Of a stretch of 64,000 nucleotides of DNA, positions 12,566 to 26,601 are shown in pieces. Every line of letters starts with the position of its first letter. Position 1 is the first letter of the stretch. Made by a program: the position numbers and the translations under genes. The notes under the pieces were generated by a model. The model made no database searches. It was not told where the DNA came from and saw only the letters and a program-made list of their open reading frames with translations. The DNA comes from Mobula hypostoma (Eukaryota): NCBI RefSeq assembly GCF_963921235.1, contig NC_086097.1:35590001-35654000 (forward strand), in the 5' to 3' direction.

Positions 12566-12879
12566 CACTGCCCTGCTATTTTTGAACACTACTCCCCCAG
12601 AGTAGTAGTAGTATTGGACAACTAGCACATCAGAGTCAATGCTATTCCACCTGGTGCCAGCTGCATAACTGTTTACCCTGCCGTGAAGATGGTTATTTTC
12701 CAAGTTTACTAACTCTTTCTGCTTCTGAATACCAGGACTATGGAAGAGAATAGATCAGGAAATGTTGAGAGTGGTACAAGCGACAACTTAGTACTCTACC
12801 ATTTATGATGGTTTGCTTATTTTACAATTACATGTGATGTATATTTTGGAAATACTTCTCAATCCTTGCTGTTCCTGAG

Positions 12880-13104
12880 CAATGTTCCTTCTAATTTTCT
12901 TTTTACAACTGCGGGGACGAAGCATTGCTCTGAGCAGGAAATTTTTACACAGTCTGAAAACTGTACAACAAAGAAAGTCCTTCATGTTTCTTAAACATTT
13001 TCTGGCTGCGTCCAGTTCCAGCTGCGCGGCAGTGAAGGCTATGTGCGCGGGAGCATTTCAGTTACTGCATGGCCGTGCACCAGTGCAGCTTAGAGGGAGC
13101 AGTG
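12880..13104. mobile_element. hAT-type MITE (~225 bp)
   Basis: Imperfect 15-bp TIRs caatgttccttctaa / ttagagggagcagtg (12/15); degenerate 8-bp TSD ttcctgag / ttcttcag. Confidence 0.65.
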
Positions 13105-14241
13105 TTCTTCAGACTGGGAATACTAAGCAATCCTGTGGAAATTCTGCCAATCGGACAATGGCATATTCAATCCCCATTTTCAATTAGCATTAGGAAAGTA
13201 TAGATTTTGCCCCTGAACAGAAGTTTATTACAACAAAACAATAAAAAAAAATGGGGGTAATAATACTCCATAAATTTTAATATGAACTGCAGAAAATGCA
13301 GCTGGTAATATCACAAATAATTATGTTTGAGTGGAAAGCATAGAGTACATAGATGTCAACAAACTATGCTGCAGGGCTTTTAAAATGATATATATACAGT
13401 ATGTAACATTAACTTGTTTTCAGATGGAACAAGGTGTACTTTAAAAACATTGCAAATTTTATTTTTACTGTTATAAAATCTGTGTAAAATTATATATATA
13501 TCATGTAATGTATATGATATTTTATGATATTATATCACATAGAAGGTAAAATTTAAGTGGCCAAACTATCAAAATAGTTGATGCTTAACTGGTTTTGCCT
13601 TTATTTTTTATTGATATTTATACCTATTGATAATAGCACTGTACTCACTGTAGGAGTCTGATAAGATGAAAGGTGTGGATGGGATGGCTAAGTGGTATAA
13701 AAAATCTGATGGACTGTTGATCTGAATTCTTTCACAAGATGAAAAGAGTATAGCTTACAAATAGAAGTGAATTGTAAAAGGAACATGATTAAAAACAGCT
13801 AGTTTAGTAGAACTGGTAGTCTTTCGAGGACTTTTCTTATATACTCGATTGACTGTGCTGTGGAACGTCACCTCGACTAAGGTTTGATAAGAGGAAAAAT
13901 CAGATTGAATTGAGTTCTTATTTGAGTGAAAAGCTTTTGTCCAGTCCTGTGATCACTGCAGTACTTTAGCTGTCAGTAACCATCTTTTATTCCCTCCCCA
14001 TTGTTTTTGTTCGGATTGATTGACACAAGCCTGTTCAATGTTATAAGAAAGCACAGATGTATGTATTTGGGTGCTGTAAAATATCAGTCTTTGAAATATG
14101 CAATGTATATGTTTTATGACTAGAAAATGGAAAGTTGTTGCACGTGAATACAGCTATTGTGCTTTCAGTGCAGAATCATTATTTATGTACAAACTAAAGA
14201 ACCACCATAGAGAGTTCAAAGCCCTTTTCCTATAATTTCAT

Positions 14242-14247
14242 AATAAA
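14242..14247 (+). promoter_or_regulatory. Candidate distal polyadenylation signal for KCNH5
   Basis: AATAAA at the end of a ~1-kb AU-rich TE-free block, followed by U-rich sequence; usage not demonstrated. Confidence 0.35.
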
Positions 14248-14479
14248 AGAGCATGGAACACAGAAACAGCATTAGAGACTCTTCTGCAACAACATTATTT
14301 TCATTTTTCTTCAGAATTAATAATTGAGTTTCAAATACTAGCAGAATCGATCATGATAAGTCTGAGTTATGTTACATATTAATTTTGTTTTTCACGTATT
14401 AATATTCATTTTTTAAATGGGAAAAAAGTGACTGGTTTTAAGAAATATATTTATCATAAATTGGAGCTATATTTTAAGT

Positions 14480-15030
14480 TAAAAGTTCAAAGTAAATTTA
14501 TTATCAAAGTACATATATGTCACCATATACAACTCCGAGATTCATTTTTTTGCGGGCATTCTCAGTAAATCCATATTAGAATAATAGCCATAATAAAATG
14601 AATGAAAGACTGCACTAACTTGGGTGTTCAGCCAGTGTGCAAAAGACAACTATGCAGATATGAAAAGAAATAATAAATAAATAAATAAATAAACAAACAA
14701 ACAAGCAAGCAAGCAAGCAAGCAAGCAATAAATATCAAAGACATGAGACGAAGAGTCCTTGAAAGTGAGTCCATAAGTTGTGGGAGTAGTTCAGTGATGG
14801 GGTGAGTGAAGTTGAGTGAAGTTATCCCCTTTAGTTCAAGAACCTGATGGTTGAGGGATAATAACTGTTCCTGAACCTGGTGGTGCGGGTCCTGAGGCTC
14901 CTGTACCTTCTTCCCGATGGCAGCTGCAAGAAGAGAGTATGTACTGGATTGTGGGAGTCCCTGATGATGGATGTTGCTTTCCTGCAACAACACTTCATGT
15001 AGCTGTGCTCAATGGTGGGGAGGGCTTTAC
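14480..15030 (-). mobile_element. Rex1/Babar LINE 3' end with compound microsatellite (AAAT/AAAC/AAGC)n at ~14668-14730
   Basis: Minus strand LQLPSGRRYRSLRTRTTRFRNSY-type C-terminus; (TTTGAA)-type tail. Confidence 0.85.
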
Positions 15031-15509
15031 CGGCAATTTAACGTGCTTGGCCTTTTAAAGCAATAAAGTGGAACTTTGATGGTCCCTGAAAACAGATGTT
15101 AGAACTATAATGCATGACTAACCAATGCTGAGTGATTATCATGCGGAAGTTCAAGAACGCCGTTGGTTACAATAACTTCATCATTTTGGCATCATCAAGT
15201 GTGGTACTTCTTGGCTGGATACAAGGAGGAGGTGTCAATATCCTCAACGCTATCTCAAATTTAAACTGGACTGTTCAAAGAGAAAGAGTCTTGTCCATAT
15301 ATTTGGGGCTGATGGTTGTTCTGTAAGTGAATCCAAATTGGAAACCTCTGAAGGTTAGTGCAATGTGGGAGAGAGCAGATTCCAAGGTTTCAGACCTGGC
15401 CTGGTAGGTTTGATGGAGGAAGTGTAAGGAGCTATCTTGGAACCACAGGGTGCCAACATTTCATTTTGACAATGGCAGCAGAAAGCCGTAGTTATCTGTC
15501 AAGCCTGAT

Positions 15510-15660
15510 AACATAAGAACATAAGAGATAGGAGCAGGAGTTGGCCATCTGGCCCATCGAGCCTGCTCCACCATTCAATAAGATTATGGCTGATCTGACC
15601 ATGGACTCATCTCCACCTACCTGCCTTTTCCCCATAACATTTCATTTCCCTACTATGCAA
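15510..15660 (-). mobile_element. CR1 3' tail
   Basis: aacataagaacataag tail followed by the ggccatctggcccatcgagcctgctcc CR1 3' UTR motif. Confidence 0.75.
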
Positions 15661-15932
15661 AAACTGTGATACTTGATGCAAAAGCACATAACAAATTCAG
15701 TGATTTTTCGCACATTATTAAGGCTTGTGAATGAATGTGATGGCATTGCTATTGACTCCCATCATGTTCTTACTGTCAAACTCTTAATACGTATCATTGA
15801 TGGATATCCACTGCTCAAAAACTAGTATCAAATCTTAATAACATTTGGTGGAATTCTTCCCACAAATATCTTTGTGAAGCTCTAAAATGAAAAGCAGGTT
15901 CTAACATTTCCATGTTCTGTTCTACAGCCAGA

Positions 15933-16016
15933 TGTGGGGTTCCCAGCTGTTTTTTTGTGCCATGGACCAATACCATTAAGCAAGGGGTCTGTGGACCCCA
16001 GGCTGGAAACCCCTGA
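15933..16016. mobile_element. Short hAT/Charlie-like MITE
   Basis: Imperfect inverted ends ggggttcccagct / aggctggaaacccctg. Confidence 0.45.
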
Positions 16017-16619
16017 CCTAGCTTCTTGTTTCCCTAAACTCAAAAAACACTTTGCTTCCTCCCTGCCCACATACAGCCCACACTCTGTGCTGGAATCCAA
16101 GGCTTTGAAGTCCACAAATTCATAGGTTTCCTCCTAAAAGCTGAAGAAATTGTGTCATTGTCTGCTGACTGCTGGATTTTGAAAGTTTTCTCTCAGTGCT
16201 TTTCAACTGAACTGACATCAACAAGCTTACTCTTCTCTGCACAAAAGGAGTAAGTCCAGTTAGTTGGTATTTACAAAATTAGTTTGAGTGAGGTTCCATG
16301 AGTAAAGATGGGGATTGGATCACTTAGGAATTTGAAAAGAAGGACTCAAATCATAATGCTCTCTGTTCAAGCTCCATGTGTAAAGATCGTTTCTTAAAGT
16401 TAATAACCAGTTAAGTGGTCTGTCAAATTCCTGAGAGTACTGTAAAAGTGAAGTCTACTGTCCAATAATTGAACCCCAATCTTCAGGTATTAACATCCTT
16501 TTCCCTTTAAGTCAATTAGCCAGCGCCTTTCTTTTTCAAGGTTCTGATTTACATTTCAATTATTATTTTCTAAGATTGGTTTTGAATTACATCAACTCAA
16601 CTGGATTGGTGAACATTTA

Positions 16620-17090
16620 CACTTATTAAGTTCATCTATATATCTGCTTGTTAATACAAATATCTAATCAGCCAATCATGTGGCAGCAACTCAAAGCATA
16701 ATTATTAGAATGGGGAAGAATTGCGAACTAAGTATCTTTGACTGTGGAATGATTGTTAGTGCCAGATGGGTGGTTTGAGTACCCCAGAACCTGCTGATCT
16801 CCTGGGATTTTCACACACAATAGTCTCTAGAGTGGTGTGAAAAAAAAAATCCAGTAAGTGCCAGTTTTGTGGGTGAAAACACATTGTTAATGAGAGATGA
16901 CCAGAATAGAAAGTCTGGTTTGAGCTGACAGGAAGGCAATAGCAACTCAAATATCAGGCATTATAATGGTGGTGTGCAAAAGAATATCTTTGAATGCACA
17001 ACACATTGAAGCTTGAAGTGGATGGGCTACAGCAGCAGACGACCATGAATATACACTTAGTGGCCATTTTATTAGGTGGCCACTGGGTGT
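16620..17090 (+). mobile_element. Tc1/mariner transposon remnant (N-terminal transposase)
   Basis: Frameshifted MGKNCELSIFDCGMIVSAR...ADLLGFSHTIVSR...ADRKA...KWMGYSSRRP; TIR-like cacttagtggccattttattagg at ~17054. Confidence 0.85.
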
Positions 17091-18057
17091 TCTTGTCCTT
17101 GATTACAGGATTTATTTACTGATTATGCAAACTTCCTTGCATATCATATTGGTAAATACATTAACTTGCAGACTTGTAGTCTTCTAGGCTATCATTCACT
17201 GGAGAGGGCGTTTGTTTTAAACATCTTTACCTCTGCCACTGGACTATCTGTAGCTTTGGACAGAGAGCTTTCAGATACAGTCTTGTTCAGTCTTGCTCCA
17301 GTTCAATTGGAGTTCAAATACATTATTGGCCATATGCCAAAGGATTTTTAGACTGCTGAAAGAGAGTTGGGGAAGGCAAAAAGAAAGATAGACAACGGAG
17401 AAGAAAAAGTTATTTTATATCTTGTGGATAGGGGGAACGGCATAGAAAGCAAAGTAGGTTTAGAGGGTGGAAAAGAAGGAGTTTGATCAGATGGAAGATG
17501 TGGATGGGACAGCTAGGAATTGGTGTTCAGTTTAAAAAATAGATATCAGAATTTGTAGCAAACTTTGATCCACCAGTATTTAGCCTAAAATGATAAAATA
17601 TCTACTTACCTCATGTGGTAGCCCCTGCAGGAACTCGGAGAAAACTGACTTCAACATCTGCAGCAGGCCTTGTGCAACAAGGGTCACCCGTGACATAAAT
17701 GAGGAGCCCAGAACGAGTGCTTCATCTTCTTGTTTAACCAATTGACAAAGTAGAAACATCAAGTAGTTTAATCAATTGCCAAAGTAACATCCTGTGAATT
17801 TTTCTGGCACTGAAAATCATTTAAATACTATTTTACAGTATGAATTCCAATGAAACTATTTAAAATAACAAACAAAGAACAATGTACTAGCTACAATTCT
17901 TAATTATTCAAAGAAACTCTAATAATTTTAACACTGCCCTTGGCCCCTCACGGTCATTCTCCTCCAGAACAATGGAGAAGGCTTTCCTGTTCAGGCCTAA
18001 TTTGGCAGATATGAATAAATGCTCCACTTTCTCTTTGAGTTCATAGTAATGGTGTTC

Positions 18058-19025
18058 AAAGGTTCAAGTCAAGATTGTGTAATGTCATTTCCAGTACATA
18101 GGTATAAAGGAGAACAAAAAATTGATACTCCAGCTCTGATGCAGCACAAAAAAAACATAATAATGACAAAAAAACCCACAATTAATATAAATATATAAGA
18201 TAGTTTATATACATTGATTATATGTCCATAAAGTGATGCTAGGCACAACAGTGTCTGTACATAATGTGACTGGCAGGAAATGATAAGGTAGTGGCAGATG
18301 GGGGTGTGGTGGGGTGGGTTAGTGGTTGCAGGTGTTGATCAACCTTACTAGTTGGGGAAAGTAGCTGTTTTTGAGTCTGGTGGTCCTGGTGGCCTCTTCC
18401 CTGATGGGAGTGAGAAAAAGAGTCTATGAGCAGGGTGTGGGGGATCCTTCATGATGCTACTGCCCCTTTTCCTGCACCTTTCTACATTTATGTTCTTGGT
18501 GGAGGATAGGCTGATGCCAGTGATGCACTGGGCAGTTTTGACGACCCATTATAGGACCTTCCTGTCAGCCGCACGGCAGTTTCTATACCATGCAATGTTA
18601 GGATGCTCTCTACGGCATATTTGTAGAATGATGTGAGTATTCATGTGCATAGTCCAGCTCCCTTTAGCCTTTCTCAGAAAGTAAAGGCATTGGTGAGCTT
18701 TCTCGATTGTGTAGGTTATGTTCTGGGACCACGAGCGGTTGTGTGAGATGTGCACTCTCAGGAATTTGAAACTGCCCGTGGTTTCCACTGTTGTGCCACC
18801 CAATGTAAATAGCAGCATGAGTGGTGTGAGTTCTCCTGAAGTTGATAATTATCTCCTTTGTCTTATTGACATTGAGGAAGAGGTTATTTACCTGGCACCA
18901 GTCCTTGAGCTCTTCCACCTCCTCTCTGATGCTGGTGATGAGCCCCAGCACTGTCGTGTCATTGGTGAACTTGACCATGTGATTACTCGGGTGTTTGGCC
19001 TGGTAGTCATGTGTGAATAGAGTTT
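18058..19025 (-). mobile_element. Rex1/Babar LINE RT to 3' end
   Basis: VKFTNDTTVLGLI...WCQVNNLFLNVNKTKEIIINFRR; FKFLRVHISHNRSWSQN. Confidence 0.9.
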
Positions 19026-19459
19026 GAAACAGAAAGTTGGAACAGAGTGAAGCAACACAAACATGGGACATCTCCAGCTTGCTCACACTCATACAATGGA
19101 TTGCCAGCAGTTAAACATGGAACTGTTGGCATTTCCCATGGAATTCAGCTGGCTGATTAAATACTCAAACAGTAAAGATCAACAACTTTTTGATATCTGG
19201 TCGCCAAGGAAAGAGAGCTGGGTGCATTTCAGAGGCCATCACTGCCAGAATTCACAATTGCAGTATACCATCACTTTGGGCCAAATTGTGTTGGATGGGA
19301 CTGGGCCATCTAGTGTTAGGTACTTACTCACACCTTTCTTGATCTATTCTTACCATAGATATAAACTAATAATGGTGTTGTGAGAGCAATAGGACACCTG
19401 GATTCTTGTTGAATGGCAAGAATAAATACACATCTCCTTAACCAATCAAATTAAAGGAT

Positions 19460-20225
19460 TGAGACCATAAAACATTGGAGCAGAATTAGACTATTTACCC
19501 CAGCGAGTCTGCTCCACCATTCCATCTTGGCTGATTTATTATCCCTCTCAACCCCAATCTCCTGCCTTCTCCCCATAACCATTGACACCCTGACTTATCA
19601 AGAATCTATTGATCTTCACTTTAAATATACTCTAAACTCCACCTTAAATACACCTAACGATTTGGCCTCCACAGCTGCCCGAGGCAATGAATTCCACAGA
19701 TCACTACCCTATAGCTGAAGAAATTCCTCCTCATCTCTGTTCTAAATGGATGCTTTATGTTGTCGTTTAAAGTTAAACTGGACAGCCATATGGACAGGAA
19801 AGGAATGGAGGGTTATGGGCCGAGTGCAGGTCAGTGGGACTAGGTGAGAGTAAGAGTTCGGCACGGACTAGAAGGGCCAAGATGGCCTGTTTCCGTGCTG
19901 TAATTGTTATATGGTTATATTCTGAGGCTGTGTGCTCCGGTCCTAGACTCACCCACTATAAGAAACATCCTCTCCACTTCCACTCTATCTCGGCCTTTCA
20001 ATATTCGATATGTTTCAATAAGATCACCCCTCATTCTTCTAAACTCCAGCGACTACAGGCCCAGAATCATTAAACACTTCTCTTACATTGATTTCAAGAA
20101 TGAAAGGATTATTCTTGCAAACCTGCTCTGGACCCTTCTCCAATGCCAGCACATCTTTTCTTAGATAAGAGGCCCAAAACTGCTCACAGTACTCTGTGTG
20201 GTCTGAACTGTGCCTCATAAAGTCT
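19460..20225 (-). mobile_element. CR1 3' region (-) with a short + strand CR1 tail inserted at ~19755-19920
   Basis: CR1 3' UTR and ORF2-end motifs on -; the + insert ends in gttatatggttatat. Confidence 0.7.
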
Positions 20226-20289
20226 CACAAATCAGATGATCCCTTGAATAATTTGATGAATGAGATTCTAAGCATGCATAGAGAAATAC

Positions 20290-21968
20290 GCAGACTTCAA
20301 ATCTAAAGGCAGTGGAGTTTCCAACATCACTGCCTCTCTCCCAGACGAGCTAGATCTTTTATTACGCTTGATTCGATGTTGCCAACACTGAGCCCCTGAG
20401 GAGGCGTACAGCTGATGCGACCTGCAGCTTGGTCATCTCTGAGGCCGAAGTACGCAGGTGTTTCCAATGAGTGGACAGTCGCAAGGTTGTGCGACCGAAA
20501 GGCATCCCAGGGCGAGTACTCAGGATGTGCAGCACAACCAGCAGGTGTGTTTACAGAAATTTTTAATCTCTCCCTCTCCCAGTGTAGAGTTCCCTCCTGC
20601 TTCAAATTATCCACCATTGTCCCTATAGCTAAAAAGACCAAGGTAACATGTCTGAACGACTGGTGTCCTGTCACACTCACCTCAATAATAAGCAAATGCT
20701 TTGAGAGGCTGGTCAAGGACTACATCTGCAGCTTGTTACCACCCAAACTGGACCCCCTACAATTCTCCTACCGACACAACTAATTGACAGATGACGCAAT
20801 AGCCACAGCTCTACACACTGTCCTTACACACCTGGAGAAGAAGGATGCTTATGCGAGAATGCTGTTCTTGGACTACAGTTCAGCATTCAACACCATAATT
20901 CCCTCTAGGCTTGACAAGAAACTCAGAGACCTCGGCATCCAGCCTGCTTTGTGCAGATGGATCCTGGACTTCCTGTCAGATTGCTGGCAGGTGGTAAGAG
21001 TGGGCTCCCACACCTCTGATCCTCTGACCCGCAACATGGTTGCCCCTCAGGGCTGTGCACTAAGCCCCCTCCTTTACTCTCTGTATGCTCATGACTGTGT
21101 TGCCACCCACAGTTCCAATCTGCTAACTAAATTTGCTGATGATACTACACTGATTGACCTAACCTCAATTAATAATGAGGCAGCCTACAGAGAAGAAGTC
21201 ATCACCCTGACACAGTGGTGTCAAGAAAACAATCTCTCCCTCAATGTCGCAAAAACAAAGGAGCCGGTTGTGGATTACTGGAGGAATGGAGACAGGCTAG
21301 CCCCTATTCATATCAATAGATCTAAGGCTGAGAAGGTGAACAGCTTATGTTCCTCGGCATACACATCACCAAGGATCTCACGTGTTCTGTACATACCAGC
21401 TGTGTGGTGAAAAAGGCACAGCAGTGCCTCTTTCACCTCAGGTAGTTGAAGAAGTTTGGTATAGGCCCTCAAATGCTAAGAACTTTCTACAGGGGCACAA
21501 TTGAGAGCATCCTGACCGGCTGCATCACTGCCTGGTATGGGAATTGTACTTCCCTCAATCGCAAGACTCTACAGAGAGTGGTGCGGATAGCCCAGCGCAT
21601 CTGTAAATGTGAACTTCCCACTATTCAGGACGTTTACAGAGAAAGGTGTGTAAAAAGGGCCCGAAGGATCATTGGAGCCCCGAGTCACCCCAACCACAAA
21701 CTGTTCCAGCTGCTACCATCTGGGAAATGGTACTGCAGCATAAAAGCCAGGATCAACAGGCTCCGGGACAGCTTCTGCCACCAGGCTATCAGACTGATTA
21801 ATTCATGCTGGCACAATGGCATTTCTATGTTACATTGACTGTCCTGTTGTACATACTATTTAATACAAATTAGTATAAATCGCACATTGCACACTTCGAT
21901 AGAGACGTAACGTAAAGGTTTTTACTCCTAGTGTATATGAAGGATGTAAGTAATAAAGTCAATTCAAT
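20290..21968 (+). mobile_element. Rex1/Babar LINE, 5'-truncated (~1.7 kb), disrupted RT
   Basis: [65 protein letters not shown] plus (TTCAA) tail. Confidence 0.95.
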
Positions 21969-24900
21969 CAACCAAAAGGAAGTAAGAGTGGATTGAGAAC
22001 TTTTGGCTATTAAAACAAAACCTTCATGCCACCTTAAAAGTTTCTTCCCCCAAGCAGTTAATCTGATCAACCAATGTAGTTAACCCACTCTATCCATTAC
22101 CACTGTCACTGCACTGTACTGTAAACACTTTAAACTCACTCTTTATAATGTTTATATTGTATATACGTGACAATATGTATGCGCATTTTATTCTGTACCA
22201 TACTTAACCTCTTATTTCATTTTTCATATAATCTTTATTCTTATAATTGTGGAATATTGTTGTTTTTTGTAGCAGTTTGTACCAACATATCACAGCAAAT
22301 CCCTGATATATATGAATGTATATGGTAAATAAAGTTATTCCTTGATACTTAAAAGAAGAAAGACAATAATGGAATATAAAGTCTTGTTTAAAAATAACAA
22401 TTTCCCAGTGGATGCATTGGATTGAGAAGTTTACATTGATCATAAACACAAGAGTATCTGCAGATGCTGGAAATCCAGAACAGCACACATAAAATGCTGG
22501 AGGCTCCTATAGAGACCAACAGATTGATTAGCATTCAATCACCAATGATCATGTCACTGAAAAGGAGCTCTCATTTTTAATTCTTCACTCTAACTTCACG
22601 CACAGGAAGTCTAGTTTAATGGGTAATTCACAAGTTCATAAAGGGACAGCTAAAGGTAGCATTTCAGTGTATGTGAAAAGTAGACTGGTGTACGACTGCA
22701 AGCTTGTGCTGGAGATGACATATCCCTTAATCCTGAATGTGGTTGAGTAATTAATACATTATACTAGTTGGTCTGCTAACACCTCCAGAAGATTTGTGCA
22801 AATAGTAGTTCAAAATGTCAAAAAAAAATCAACAGATTCATCAATCATAATTTGAAGGATTCCAGGACAACAGGTTTTTGACTAGAATGATAACAAAACA
22901 TACAGATTTTAATAACAATTAAGGACCCTGCAATTTTGACAGAAAATTATTGATTGTTTATTATGTATCTTACCAGGTTATTGGGAAAGAAAACAGACTG
23001 CATCTATAATGAACAGACAATGATATAAACACTACATGTTTTCCAGCTCAATCTGCAGTTACACTTACAGACTGTACTGTATCACAATTACTCACTTTAA
23101 GTCAACATTCAGTTCTAGCATGTAGGTTCATTTGATTTCAAATGCATTCACTCAATGTAGGGATCACTATTCGTGCCTATGGGCCATCCACAAACTTTCA
23201 AAGACCATGTTGGGCCTTTTTCAGAATACAACTTTGCTGTGTCTGAAGTCACTTACAGGTCAAACCAGGTCAGGATGGCAGGTGTCCGATGCCTGAAAGG
23301 CATTAGAACTGTCCGGCAGTTTCATGGTTACTGCTGTTGATGTCAGATTTCAATTCCAGATTTATTTAATTACTTGAATTTAAATTCGTCAGATGCTGTT
23401 GTGGGAATTAAACTCATCTCTGGATTAATAGTTGAGTCCTTTATATGCCAGAATATTTCCATAACGATGACACCCTTAGCACTAAAGTCTTTACTTAATT
23501 CAGTTTTTTCATAAACTTTCAAAAAGGGCAAAGTTGTATTTTATAAGCAGAAGTAGTGCAATCCAGAAATGTTTTCTTTAACTTAGTCATGTCAGTAGAA
23601 GAAGATGATTTTTGATTCATGGCAATCTTGAACCACTGTGTATGTCAACATTCCCTTTAGATTTAAAGGGAATAAAGATCAATATCAATATCAAAAGTGA
23701 ATATTTTCATGTTTTGGGAAAATTGCCCAATATGTAATTTTGTAAGAAGCTGGAAACTAGTTTTAAAAGCTTGTAAATGAATTAAATAATGCTCATTCAA
23801 GACTATTTAAATCTAGTTGAGCTCAGGCTCCTCACTGGTGTATCCAAGAGAAGAATGAAGTAACTGGAAGTATTCCCTAAATACAACAATGTGCTTGCTC
23901 TCAGCATTAATATTCCTTTTGCAGCCTCTTTTCCAACCGATAGACATTGCTTCTGATTTGCTTCATTATAGTTGCTATTTACACTGATGAGCCCATAATC
24001 CTTTTTTTTAAATTTACCTCACCAAGCCATGGACAGACAAGACTGAAAATAAAATGAGTTCTTATAGCTTAGCCACATGATAAACATGTCACAGTCAAAT
24101 TAATTCAAGTAACTTCACCAAAGCAACGACAAGTGGAACTCTGTGTTCATTTTAGTCCACTAGAACTTCAAAGTTCAAGGCAAATGTTACTACCAAAGTG
24201 CATACTGTATCTCTCTCTCTCTGGCTATCCATCCCATCGGATAATGATGGTTCTCAGTCAGTTAGTGTGTCCTGGAGTGGCTGTACAGGCCGACCCTTGA
24301 CAGGCACTGCTTGCCACACACTTGGCAGGTGAGGCCTGGAGAGACAGCAGGGGCAGAAGCTCTATTGTGACGCTTCCTGTGCCTTTCCTCTGTTGCCTCA
24401 TTGAGCTTGTTCTCAGCAGCATCCACACCTTTTCTGATGGCGTCCCTCCACTGTGAGCGATCTTGAGCCAGATCCTCCCATGGTGATGGGGAAATGTCAG
24501 TTTTCTTGAGGCTCCTGTGCAGAACATCCTTGTACCGTAGTCGCTGGCCTCCTCGTTTTCGGGTACCACTGGACAGTTGGCCGTACAAGATGTCCTTGGG
24601 CAGTCTTCTGTCAGCCATTCTGACAACATGTCCTGCCCAGCACAGTTGGGCTGACATCACCAAGGTTGAAACTGCTGGCATTCCGGCTTGAGAGAGGACC
24701 TCGGTATTGGAGACCTTGTCTCGCCAGGTGATCTTCATCAGAGAACGTAGGTGATGCTGCTGCAGTTGGTCAAGCTGGCATAAGTGTCTCTGATATGGCA
24801 CCATGTCTCACATCCGTATAACAAGGTTGATAGGTCAACCGCCCTGTATGCCTTGCACTTGGTGGCCAACCTGATGTTCTGTGATCAAACTCGATCTTTC

Positions 24901-26601
24901 AGCTGACCAAAGGCAAAGCAGGCTTTTCTGGTTCTTGACTCAATCTGTACATCCAGAGAAGCTGAGGATGTTTTTATGCTGCCCAGGTAGCAAAACCTGT
25001 TGACAGCATTGAGACGAGTGTCATCAATGAGGACAGTTGGTTCTTCGTCGCTTGAGCCAGGAGCCGGTTGGTACAAAACTTCCATCTTTTTCAGGCTGAT
25101 TGTCAGTCCGAAGCTTTTGGCTGCAGTGGCAAAGCTACTGGTGATCTCCTGTAAGTCTTCGAGAGGGTGGGCAACCAGTGCATAGTCATCAGCAAACTGT
25201 AGCTCATGCGCCACAATGTCCCTGACTTTTGTTTTTGCTCTCAATCTTGCAAGGTTGAGGAGCCTGCCATCAGCCCTTGTTTGTAGGAAGACCCCTGACT
25301 TCAGGTCTGATGTGGCACCCTGAAGAACAGCAGCGAAGAATAGTCCAAACAGAGTAGGAGTCAGAACACAACCCTGTTTTACGCTATTGCTGATGGAAAA
25401 TGGGTCTGCCAACTCACCACACACGTTGATGCAGCCTTCCCTGCCTTCGTGGAACTGACGGATGATGTTGGTTAGGCGTGGGGGGGCAATCGAATTTTGG
25501 TTGGAGCTTCCACAGGCCATCTCTACCAACAGTGTCAAACGCTTTGGTTAGATCAACAAATGTGACATAGAGACTTCTCTGCTGCTCAACACATTTCTCT
25601 CGGAGCTGCCTCAGTGAAAAGATCATGTCCACTGTACTATGGCCTGTTCAAAAACCACACTGGCTTTCTGGAAGGACATTTGCACTGATGTTGGACACCA
25701 AGCGTCTAAGGATGATCTTCACGAGGCATTTTCCCGCAACTGACACAAGAGAGATGACATGGTAATTGTTGCAGTCTCCCTTGTTCTTGTAGATGGTCAC
25801 AATTGATGCGCCTTTGAAGTCTTGTGGTAGTTCTGCAGCTCCCCACAACTTTGTGGATAGCTGGTGCAGGCATGATGTCAGTGTGTGACCACCATACTGG
25901 TAGATCTCAGCTGCGATACCATCAGGCTCTGGTGCTTTGTTGGGTTTTAGCTGTTTGATGGCTTTGATGACCACGTGAAGAGTAGGGGGAGTATCTAGCT
26001 CGAACGTTATGGGTCGAGGGTGTACTCTGCCCGGTGCTTCATCGGTGATGGTTCCTGGTCTGTTCAGCAGCTCATGGAAGTGCTCTTGCCATCTTTTCAT
26101 GTGCTCTGACTTCTCAGTGAAGATGGATGTACTGTCCTTGCTCAGAAGTTGTAAGGTACCTTGTTTTGATGGACCGTACACAACCTTGATTGCTTCATAG
26201 AAGCTTCTTGAGTCATTACAGTCAGCGAAGGCTTGTAACTCCTTGGCCTTGTTCGCCCACCACTGGTCTTTCATAGCTCTGAGCTGCCTCTGCAAAGCTG
26301 ATTTTGCACTCAAAAAGGCATGTTTTTTGGAACTTGAATTTGGGTGTCGAAGAAAAGACTGGTGTGCGGATGCCTTAGCTCTTAGAAGGTCTTGCACAGA
26401 TTGGTTGTTCTCATCAAACCAGTCCTGATGCTGGCACTTGACTTCCCCCAAGGTGTCCTGAGTAGCACTGTAGACCGTCTCTTTGAAGGCATTCCAGTGC
26501 TCAGTAATATTGTCTGATGGATTCTCAACCAGTCTGCTTAGATCAGTTTCCATAGAGGATTTCAGGGCATCAGCACACTCACGATACTTACATCGGAGTT
26601 T

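Noticed and set aside
17580..17810. Possible minus-strand exon (donor GAG|GTAAGT near 17605-17611; 60-aa ORF) or U1-like TACTTACCT
   Set aside because: No recognisable protein, weak acceptor, and no further U1 similarity; a single splice-like motif is expected by chance
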